Below are positions 55,799-64,000 of a stretch of 64,000 nucleotides of DNA, piece after piece (within the stretch, counting starts at the first letter, position 1; each line of letters starts with the position of its first letter). Origin of the DNA: a bacterium (GTDB lineage Bacteria > UBA8248); assembly GCA_965204535.1 (NCBI GenBank), contig OZ241996.1, positions 512,001 through 576,000 of the forward strand, written 5' to 3'. Made by a program: the position numbers and the translations under genes. The notes under the pieces are model-generated. The model was not told the DNA's origin. It did not search any database and saw only the letters and a list, made by a program, of their open reading frames with translations.

Positions 55799-57994
55799 CT
55801 AGCCGGCTTCTGACCCGGTCCGGTGCCGCGAGGTGAGCAGATAACGATACAGCTTGATGGCAAGACTCTCTTCGTGCTCGTCCAGCCAGTGCTGCGCGGC
55901 CGGCGTCAGCACCATCGTTCGGCAGGGTTCGTCTGCAACCACCGAGGCCTCCTTTTCATCCAGGGGAGCGGTCGGCCAGATCGTGTCGCCAGGACCGTAC
56001 TCATGGAGACGCGCACCCCCGGAGTCATAAGCGCAAGCCCGGCCTGACAGCAACAGTTGCAGGCCTTCTCCTGTCGCCTCAGGTCCCGCGAGGGCCTCTC
56101 CGGCGTCGTATTGGCGGGGCTCCAGCTAGCCCCGAAGTTCCTCTATCAGATCCTCGAAATGAATCTGCCGCTCCAGATAGCGTTCGAGTTCATCGGCACT
56201 GTGCGCCAGCAGCAAAGCGCGCCGCTTGTCCGAAGTGCTCACGTCTGCCTTCCATGCCTCGATGACGATTTCCTCACAGCGTTCGACGGCGCGGTCCGCA
56301 TTCGGCTCAATCAGTAATTCCGCGAATACTGGAGGTGGGAGGTTGCGCTCCAATTCGGATTTCAACTGTTCGCCGGGCGCGCTCAGAACCACGGGAACGC
56401 CTGCGGCTTGCGCCGTCTGAAAGAACCTGGAGAGGACGCTCACCGCCGAGTAGTCGAAGCCCGAGACGGCGGCGAAGTCCAGCATCAGGCAGGCGGGACG
56501 CGAAGCGCCGCTCAGGGATTTCTTGAGGTGATCGGCCAGGGGGCAGACGCTGCCGAAGAAGATGTAGCCGCGCAGCCGGTAGGCATGAACGCCCTCACCT
56601 TCCGCCAGGAGGATGGCCCGATCGGGGACGGGCCGGGTCTTGTTGCTTCGATGCTCGCGCGCGGTGAAGCGGGATTCGATCAGATCCACCCGGCTCAGGC
56701 GCACGACGAAGAACACGAGTGTGGCCAGCATGCCGGCGCCCACGCCCTCGAACAGTCCGAAAGAGATGATGGTGAAAAAGATCAAAACGATTATGCCGAA
56801 CTCCGACCAGGGGAGCCGCTTGAAGCTTCTCAAGAGACCTTCGTCCAGCATGCCTAGGCCGGCGAAGAATAAAATTCCACCTACGAGCGGTATCGGAACC
56901 AGTTCCAGCATCCCGTCGCCAAGGAGCAATGCGACCCCGATGACGAGGGCGGCGACGCCGCCGGTCAGGCGCGTGGTGGCCCCGAGCAGCTTGCTGCGCA
57001 GTGAGGCGGGCACGATAGTGCATGCCACCGTGCCGCCGCCCAGACCGGCGACCAGGCTCGCGAAGCCGGTCGCCCTGAACTCCCGGTCCCAGTCCAGTTC
57101 GTGATTCGCGGCCAACTCGAGGCCGGCGAAATTCATGATCACGCAGATCAGGGCGATCAGCAGAAGCGTCAGCATATTGGAAATCTGCGAGGCCATCGCG
57201 GCCCAATCCAGGTGAGCCAGATCGGCGATCCCCAAAGCCGGCCACAAGCTTCCGTCCGCGGTGCTCTTGAACAGCAGACCTGAGGCTCTCGCCTCATCAC
57301 CGGAAATATCGAGAGCGGTCAGGGTAAGGTGGTATGCGCCAACGGCAATCGCCACACTCACGGGCAGGATCAACGCGTTTCCCCAGCGCTTCATCGAGAG
57401 GTACAGGGAAATCCCGAATGCCGCGCCCGGGCCCCACTTCCATAACGTGGCCGGTTCCAGAAGCGCCGGAATCGTGCGCCAGTCCGTCTCTGCTCCCATC
57501 ATGGACATGGCCGCCAGGCACACGGCCCCACCGATGCCGGCCACGAATCCACCCGCCACCGGAAACGGGATGAAGCGCACCAGGGTGGCGAGCCGGAAAT
57601 GCCCGATAACGAGACAGCAGACGCCGGTGGCCATCGCGCTGAGAATGAGCGCCCCCGCCGTGGTGACAAACAGCGTATCGCCCCCGGCGTCCATCGTGGA
57701 GCCGATCAGCGCCATCACGAGCACGAGCGCGGGAGAGAGCCCCGAAATCGCCCCGCGGTAGCCGCCTGTGAGGGCGATGATCAGGCAGGCGGCGAAGTTT
57801 CCGAACAACACCAGGCCGACGCCCTGGGAGGAATACGGGGCCAATGCGCCTGAGAAAATGAAACTGCCGAAGGCAATCTGGGCGACGAGCAAACCCAGAC
57901 CGGAAGTGAGTCCGGCGGAAAGCGCCGGAACGGCCTTGTCGGAAAGGATGTCCGCGTGAAGCTCGGAGGCTGTGTCCCGGAAAAAGGATTTCAT
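55799..57994 (-). pseudogene. SulP-STAS-cNMP-like anion transporter interrupted by an in-frame TAG at 56126-56128
   Basis: SulP TM domain, RFIPFPV, LRGYIFFGS, DF..V.G.D.S STAS; the same frame continues LEPRQYDAGE...LQLLLSG...YGPG to 55799. Confidence 0.75.
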
Positions 57995-58068
57995 TCTTGA
58001 GTTTGCTCGAAATCGGGGGCGGCGCCGATTCTCTTTCTCCCTTAACGTAAAGAGCGCTCTAGCGTATC

Positions 58069-59520
58069 ATGGGCGCGTTGCTTTCCTGCATCTCTATTAG
58101 AGTCGAGGTACGTCCCCTGAAACAAGTAAAAAGTACGCGCGGATACGATTATACCCGTGGCTCGGTCGGCTGGGCCATCACGCGCCTCTCGGTGCCGATT
58201 TGCGGCGAGCGCATCCTGCGCAATCTGGACGGCATCTTCGAGATATACTGGCTCGGTCAGTTGGGGGCGGACGCGCTGGCGGCGGCGTCTTTGGGCTTCA
58301 TCACCTTGTTGTTCATCCGCTCGGCGCCTTTCGGACTGAGAATCGGAGGCCAGGCGCTCGTGGCCCAGCGCGTGGGGGCTGGCGACGCACAAGGCGCCTC
58401 GATCATGGCCGGGCAGACCATCTTCCTGGTCGGCGTCTTCAGCCTCATCGCCACGTTCCTGGGCCTTTGGTTCGCTCCCGAGTTGATGAATCTCATGACG
58501 CGCGACCCGGCGTTGGCCGCTCTGGGCGTCGTCTACATCCGCGCCGGCTTCACCGTGCTGCTCGCCGCAGAAGCCATGTTTGTCGTCGGACAGATATTGC
58601 GGGGAACCGGCGAGCCCGCCATCACCATCGCGGGCGTCGTCTCCTCCACCGTCTTGACGCTCATCTTCATTCCGCTCCTCATGTTCGGCTGGGGGCCGGT
58701 TCCCGCTTTGGGTCTCGCGGGCAGTTTCTTGGGCATCGGCGTGGGGCGGCTGGGCGGTTTTCTGACGATGCTGGCCTTTATCGTGAAAGGAAAATCGAGG
58801 CTCACGCTCCGGTGGGCCGACTTGCGACCGCGCGGCGCGGAGATCTCCCGCGTCGCGCGCCTCGCCTGGCCCGCCATGGCGCAGAACCTGCTCGAGCGAA
58901 GCGCCCTTTTGCTCATGGTGCGGATGCTGTCGCCCTTCGGCGCAAGCGCCCTTGCGGCCTGGAGCATCGGCAACCGCGTGACGATGATCGCCCGGATGCC
59001 GAGCTTCGGCCTGCAAAGCTCGGTGCGCACGCTGGTGGGCCAGAACCTGGGCGCGGAGAAGCCGGAACGCGTGGCGCGCACGGTATGGCTCTCCGTCGCC
59101 GCCCTGGGCGTCCTGATGACGGTCGTGAGCGTCTGTTTGTTCGCCTGGGCGGAGGAGATCGTCTCGTTTTTCGGCATGGAGGGAAACGCCACGGCCGTCA
59201 TGGCGCTCCGGATCCTGTGCGCGGGCCTGTTAATGGAGTCCGTCCGCCGGGTGATGGCGGGCGCGTTCCAGGGCGCATCGCGCTCGAAGCCGCCCATGTT
59301 GGTGGAGGGCGTCGTCCGCTGGGGTGTGCAGATCCCCGCCGCCTGGCTGCTCTCGTTCTGGCTTGCGGTGGGCGCGGGCGGCGTCTGGTGGGCGGTGAGC
59401 GGGGGCCAGATATTGAGCGGTGCGCTCCTGTTCGCGTGGTTCTTGCACTGGTCGCGGAGCGGAGACATTCCGGGGTTCATGGGCGCCCGGGGTTTGAAAT
59501 CGGCGCGCGAATCCACATAA
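58069..59520 (+). CDS. MATE family efflux transporter
   Basis: LGADALAA, AQRVGAGD, LRGTG, VGQNLGA; start uncertain. Confidence 0.88.
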   Translation: MGALLSCISIRVEVRPLKQVKSTRGYDYTRGSVGWAITRLSVPICGERILRNLDGIFEIYWLGQLGADALAAASLGFITLLFIRSAPFGLRIGGQALVAQRVGAGDAQGASIMAGQTIFLVGVFSLIATFLGLWFAPELMNLMTRDPALAALGVVYIRAGFTVLLAAEAMFVVGQILRGTGEPAITIAGVVSSTVLTLIFIPLLMFGWGPVPALGLAGSFLGIGVGRLGGFLTMLAFIVKGKSRLTLRWADLRPRGAEISRVARLAWPAMAQNLLERSALLLMVRMLSPFGASALAAWSIGNRVTMIARMPSFGLQSSVRTLVGQNLGAEKPERVARTVWLSVAALGVLMTVVSVCLFAWAEEIVSFFGMEGNATAVMALRILCAGLLMESVRRVMAGAFQGASRSKPPMLVEGVVRWGVQIPAAWLLSFWLAVGAGGVWWAVSGGQILSGALLFAWFLHWSRSGDIPGFMGARGLKSAREST

Positions 59521-59629
59521 TCTGTCTGCGCCGCTTTGGGTGCTCTCTTGGATATTTTAGGAGAGGTGGTGTGACCTGCGGAGCGCGCGCCTCTGCGCGA
59601 GGAGTCTCCGCCTAAGGAGGTTTTCGGGA

Positions 59630-60025
59630 ATGAACAGAGCGTTGGCGGCGGGGCTTTTTCTCCTGGCGGGATTCGGGTTGCTCGTGACCCTGACGAAAAG
59701 ACCCGAGCCCCCGAGGCATCCGCAGGTGCCCGTGACCGAGGATATGGCCCGGATCAACCAGGGGAAGAAGCTGTTCGCGCGCAACTGCCTGCGTTGCCAC
59801 GGGCCCGAAGCGAAGGGTTCTCGAATCGGCCCGCCGCTCGTGCACAAGATTTACGAGCCCTCCCATCACGGGGACGCCGCTTTCTTCATGGCCGTCTCGC
59901 GCGGGGTGAAGAGCCACCACTGGAAGTTCGGCGACATGGCGCCCGTGCCGGGCGTGAAGCCCGAAGAAGTGGCCCTGATCGTCGGGTACGTGCGCTGGCT
60001 GCAGAGAAAGGCCGGAATCTTTTAG
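59630..60025 (+). CDS. Membrane-anchored monoheme cytochrome c
   Basis: CLRCHG, GPPLVH..Y...HHGD, HHWKFGDM. Confidence 0.9.
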   Translation: MNRALAAGLFLLAGFGLLVTLTKRPEPPRHPQVPVTEDMARINQGKKLFARNCLRCHGPEAKGSRIGPPLVHKIYEPSHHGDAAFFMAVSRGVKSHHWKFGDMAPVPGVKPEEVALIVGYVRWLQRKAGIF

Positions 60026-60047
60026 CAGGGGCGGGGGACGACATTCG

Positions 60048-61388
60048 ATGAACGAGCAGGACGCATTGTTTGAGTTGCGGAGAGAACGCTTAAGACGCAT
60101 GGTCGCCCTGTGCGGACGCGCGCACCCGTTCTACAAGCGCCGCTTCGCGGAGGCGAATATCATCCCCGATGCGGTCAAGGAACTGGACGACCTCCAGAAA
60201 ATCCCCCTCACGAAAAAAGAGGACTTCATGGCGGCGCCCGAGGATTTCAGCCTCGACCCCGCCTGGCTGCCCGAGCTTCCCTTCGAGGAGCGCACGATGT
60301 GGAACGTGGCCTACACCACGGGCACCACGAGCGGGCGGCCCTCGCCCTTTTTCAACACCACGCACGACCAGTACCACATTATGCTCCAGGCGAAGGTGTG
60401 CAACGAGGTCGAGGGTCTGCGGGCAGGCGACGTCATCGCGAACCTCTATCCGCTCTCGCCCATGCCGCTGGGCGGGTTCCTCTGCTGCGTGCGCTCGGCG
60501 GAAATCATGGGGCTTCCCGTGGTGAGCGCGCTCACGGGCAGCCCGCATCCCGAATACCCCGTGCGGCGCTCGCTCGATGAGGCCGTCGACGTGGTGGCCG
60601 ATTCGGGCGCCACCATCATCTGGGGGGTGCCGAGTTTCGTCCGCCGCTTCCTGAGGCGGGCGCGCGAGCGCGGCGCGAAGCTCCCCCGCGCGCGCATGGT
60701 GCTCACCACGGGGGAGGCGGTGAGCGACGCCCTGCGCGAGGAGTATATGGACCACCTGCGCCATTTCGGGGCGGATGACCCGCAGGTGCGGGTGCGCTAC
60801 GCGGCGACGGAGATGCAGGGCGGCCTCGTGCAGTGCGCGAACGATGCCATGCCGCACAACGTGGTGCCCGAACTCTACCTGCTCGAGGTGGTGGACCCCG
60901 AATCCGGCGAGCGCGTGCCCGAAGGCGAGGAGGGGGCCATCGCCCTCACGCACCTACACCGCCGGGGCACGGTGTTCCTGCGCTACCTCATCGGCGACCT
61001 CATCGCGCTCAGGTGGGAGCCTTGCCCGCACTGCGGGCGGCTGGGCGAGCGGGTCGTGCGCCTGCCGAGGCGGACGGGCGATTTGCTCAAGGTGCGCGGC
61101 ATGCTCATGAACCCCGATATCATCATCGACCTCCTGGCGAAAGAACGTGCGATAAGGGAGTTTCAGATCCGGGTCCGCAAGTCGGCGCCCGGGGATTCAG
61201 ATTCGATGGATGAGATGATCATCCGCCTGGAAGCCGAGGATTCAGAGCGCGAGCGGCTCGTCGCCTCCTTGCCGGACAGGGTGCGCGGAGCGGTGATGAT
61301 ACGGCCGGCACTCGAATTCGTGGCGCCCGGCGTGATCCACGACCCGATGCGCGACGTGAAGGCCCGCCGCCTCGTCGATGAGCGGTGA
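60048..61388 (+). CDS. Phenylacetate-CoA ligase-like (PaaK family) adenylate-forming enzyme
   Basis: IPLTKK, TTGTTSG, YAATE, RYLIGD, KVRG. Confidence 0.85.
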   Translation: MNEQDALFELRRERLRRMVALCGRAHPFYKRRFAEANIIPDAVKELDDLQKIPLTKKEDFMAAPEDFSLDPAWLPELPFEERTMWNVAYTTGTTSGRPSPFFNTTHDQYHIMLQAKVCNEVEGLRAGDVIANLYPLSPMPLGGFLCCVRSAEIMGLPVVSALTGSPHPEYPVRRSLDEAVDVVADSGATIIWGVPSFVRRFLRRARERGAKLPRARMVLTTGEAVSDALREEYMDHLRHFGADDPQVRVRYAATEMQGGLVQCANDAMPHNVVPELYLLEVVDPESGERVPEGEEGAIALTHLHRRGTVFLRYLIGDLIALRWEPCPHCGRLGERVVRLPRRTGDLLKVRGMLMNPDIIIDLLAKERAIREFQIRVRKSAPGDSDSMDEMIIRLEAEDSERERLVASLPDRVRGAVMIRPALEFVAPGVIHDPMRDVKARRLVDER

Positions 61389-61633
61389 GGGCGTCGTATC
61401 GGTCTATCTTGTCTCCAAAGTGATTGTGCCTTCTAAGTCGTTTCACCCTTTATCCCTGTAGTTCAATCATAGTAGATCTTACGGAGATGGTTTGTGTAGC
61501 AGCGGAGATTGAAAAAGTAAGTTTGTAAAGACGAGACAGAGATTAAGTAGCTCATCAGTTTATATCTTGTGAATTGTGCAGTGTATTACAATACACATTT
61601 GGTAGGTATTAGTGCTAAGGAGGATTCTTTGTA

Positions 61634-62209
61634 GTGAATAACCCGAAGGTTGGTGAATCTGAAGGCAAAGAACAGCTCAAGTTCATCAGAAAAGCAGTGG
61701 GTCCTCAGGATCCGCAGACAGGCAAATTTGTCATGCAGGTAGGCAAATATGTAGAAATACAGCTCGTGGAAATTCCGAAGGACGGGCAACAAGGGGGGAA
61801 GCTTAAACTTGTAAAGCTTTCGAATGATCTACTGCTTCAAGCCCACAAGGTTGGGGTCCCGATAGCTGGCGTAGCTGGCGTGCTTGGCTCAATGATTGAA
61901 ATGAGAGGGATTTATCTGGATTCGGTGGGAGAGTTCTTCCAGCTATACGGCCGATTTGAGCAGATGCTTGGGCTCGCTGATGACTACAAACAATCGAAAA
62001 TAGAACGTGAAATGCAGAATAGGTTAGGAGAAGACGTTACTCAACATTCCAAAGAATACATTAGATCAGGAAATAAGAGCCTAACACCCATTCCACTCTA
62101 CGTCAGGAATGTGCTAGCGCACCAGGGAACGAATCCAGAGAATTCTCTAGGCGATGGAGACTTGCAGACGGCAATCCGGCTACTAAAAGACTGGCTTCGC
62201 ATAAATTAA
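61634..62209 (+). CDS. Low-GC hypothetical protein with C-terminal HEPN-like RxxxxH motif
   Basis: AAGGAGG RBS, GTG start; YVRNVLAH followed by a terminal helix. Confidence 0.6.
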   Translation: MNNPKVGESEGKEQLKFIRKAVGPQDPQTGKFVMQVGKYVEIQLVEIPKDGQQGGKLKLVKLSNDLLLQAHKVGVPIAGVAGVLGSMIEMRGIYLDSVGEFFQLYGRFEQMLGLADDYKQSKIEREMQNRLGEDVTQHSKEYIRSGNKSLTPIPLYVRNVLAHQGTNPENSLGDGDLQTAIRLLKDWLRIN

Positions 62210-62374
62210 GAGGTCGATATGAGTGAGAAGTTAGGGAGTGCGACAGATGTATTCTTCACCTAGCTGCACGTCCCGATTAGACCCATAAAGGCGGATCCAT
62301 CAGTCCGCCTGGAGTTCTTTGTCGAGTTGTTCCCTACAGTGCATTTTCTAGGTTGGATTTGTTCTACGTCCAGC

Positions 62375-63079
62375 CTAGACGCCGAGATACCGCATGCGGG
62401 TTTCCTGGTCTTCGAGGAGGTCGGCGGAGGCGCCTTCCCACTGGATGATGCCTTTTTCGATGAGATAGGCGCGCTTGGTGATGCTGAGCGCCATGCGGAA
62501 GTTCTGCTCCACGAGCAGGATGGCGATGCCTTTTTTCTGGATCTCGACCAGCACGTTCTCGATGGTCTCGACGTAGGCGGGCATCAGGCCCTCGGTGGGT
62601 TCGTCCACCATGATGAGCTTGGGCTCGGTGCCGAGGCCCCGCGCCATGGTGAGCATCTGCTGCTCGCCGCCGCTCAACTGGTTCCCCTTGTTGTTGATGC
62701 GCTCCTTGAGACGCGGGAAGAGGGAGAAAATCCAGTCGAGATGGGAGTCCAGGTCCTTCGCGCCGTCGATGGGAATGCGGCTGATCTTGAGGTTTTCATA
62801 CACGGTGAGGTTGGTGAACACCTGGCGGTCCTCGGGGATCCATGAAATCCCCGCGAGCGAGACGGTGTGCGCCTCCGCCTCGGTGATGTCGGTTCCCTCC
62901 ATGGTGATATTGCCGCTACTGGGCGTCAGCAGTCCCATGACGGTCTTCATGGTGGTGGATTTGCCCGCCCCGTTCCTGCCGAGGAAGGCCACCGCCTCGC
63001 CTTCGCCGACTTTCAGGCTCAGGTCGTGGAGCACGTGGCTCAAGCCGTAAAACGTGTTGATGGAATCTACTTCGAGCAT
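62375..63079 (-). CDS. LivF-like ABC ATPase
   Basis: MLEVDSINTFYG, GRNGAGKS, LSGGEQQM, DEPTEGL. Confidence 0.9.
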   Translation of the reverse strand: MLEVDSINTFYGLSHVLHDLSLKVGEGEAVAFLGRNGAGKSTTMKTVMGLLTPSSGNITMEGTDITEAEAHTVSLAGISWIPEDRQVFTNLTVYENLKISRIPIDGAKDLDSHLDWIFSLFPRLKERINNKGNQLSGGEQQMLTMARGLGTEPKLIMVDEPTEGLMPAYVETIENVLVEIQKKGIAILLVEQNFRMALSITKRAYLIEKGIIQWEGASADLLEDQETRMRYLGV

Positions 63080-63813
63080 TATTCCCTCAGATATACGCGC
63101 TGGACCTCTGCGTTCGCGCGGACTTCCTCCACCGTGCCCTCGGCGAGAAAGGCGCCGTTGTGCAGCACGGTGATCTTGTCCGAAATGCCCAGCACCACCT
63201 CCATGTCGTGCTCCACAAGCACGATGGTGAGTGGATCGGCCAGGCTCTTGATGAACTCGCCCGTCTGGATCGTCTCCTCGGGGCTCATGCCCGCAGTGGG
63301 CTCGTCGAGCAGGAGCAGCTTGGGGTCGGTGGCGAGCGCGATCCCGATTTCGAGATAGCGCTGCTCGCCGTGCGCGAGCGTGCCGGCGAGTTCGTCGCGC
63401 TTTTCCGTCAGGTTGATGCGCTCCAGTATCCCGTCCGATTTTTCGACCAACTCCTTGTGGCTCGGGACGGTCGACCACAGGTTGAACGTCATCTTGCGCG
63501 ACTGCGCGGCGATGCGGATGTTCTCCAGCACGCTCAGCTTGGGGAAGATATTCGTTATCTGGTAGGTGCGGCCGATCCCCATGTGGGAGCGCTCATGGGC
63601 GGGCACTTCCGAGACGTCCGCTCCGTCGAAGATGACCTGGCCCGAGGTGGGGATCAGATCGCCCGCGATCATGTTGAAGAACGTCGTCTTGCCCGCGCCG
63701 TTGGGGCCGATGATGGAGCGCAGCTCGCCCGAATCGACCTCGTAGTCCACGCCGTCCACGGCGACGAGGGCGCCGAAGTGCTTGCTCAGGTTTTTCGTTT
63801 CCAGGATAGGCAT
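63079..63813 (-). CDS. LivG-like ABC ATPase
   Basis: GPNGAGKT, LAHGEQR, LDEPTAG. Confidence 0.92.
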   Translation of the reverse strand: MPILETKNLSKHFGALVAVDGVDYEVDSGELRSIIGPNGAGKTTFFNMIAGDLIPTSGQVIFDGADVSEVPAHERSHMGIGRTYQITNIFPKLSVLENIRIAAQSRKMTFNLWSTVPSHKELVEKSDGILERINLTEKRDELAGTLAHGEQRYLEIGIALATDPKLLLLDEPTAGMSPEETIQTGEFIKSLADPLTIVLVEHDMEVVLGISDKITVLHNGAFLAEGTVEEVRANAEVQRVYLRE

Positions 63814-63825
63814 TTTGTCTTTCCG

Positions 63826-64000
63826 TTATTCCGTGTCGGTTGCCGCCTCGTCCTCGGCATGTTTCGCCAGAACTTCTTCCACGGCTTTTCGATTCAACAA
63901 TTTCTTCTCGCGGTATTCGAGCGTCATGTTGCGGATGGTGCCCAGGATGCCCGAGGGCACGAAGAGCACGATCAGCACGAAGATGCCGCCCACCCACGCT
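63826..64000 (-). CDS. C-terminus of a LivM-like permease (partial, window edge)
   Basis: Manual translation WVGGIFVLIVLFVPSGILG...DTE*. Confidence 0.75.
   Translation of the reverse strand, partial: AWVGGIFVLIVLFVPSGILGTIRNMTLEYREKKLLNRKAVEEVLAKHAEDEAATDTE

Noticed and set aside
56126-56128. Pyrrolysine recoding
   Set aside because: No pyl genes in the window, and the context fits a Trp codon mutated to a stop
62375-63478. 367-aa extended LivF ORF
   Set aside because: The extension overlaps LivG in another frame; the real start is ATG at 63079

Overview
GC-rich bacterial chromosomal window with no rRNA, tRNA or CRISPR seen. The backbone is metabolism and transport: sucD-like, a ThDP enzyme, an Fe3+/polyamine-type ABC transporter, a complete mrpABCDEFG operon, asparaginase, branched-chain-type ABC transporters, msrB, acyl-CoA dehydrogenase, M20 hydrolase, SulP, MATE and a PaaK-like ligase. 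Accessory DNA is layered on it: (i) an intact IS1182 nested inside one of about 7 non-autonomous elements that share its ends but carry different REP-like palindromes; (ii) a restriction-modification hotspot (XhoI/PaeR7I-like type II plus type ISP) whose cassettes are bracketed by diverged copies of neighbouring gene 3' tails, and an arsC-aquaporin cassette bracketed by a duplicated promoter; (iii) an IS66-ended element encoding a coiled-coil-extended transposase plus a DUF4338 (Mom/GNAT-like) protein; (iv) two overlapping intact tyrosine recombinase genes with nuclease-like cargo, whose upstream region has an inverted diverged copy 19 kb away with 10-bp iterons. All family calls come from motif recognition by eye, and all identity counts are manual.
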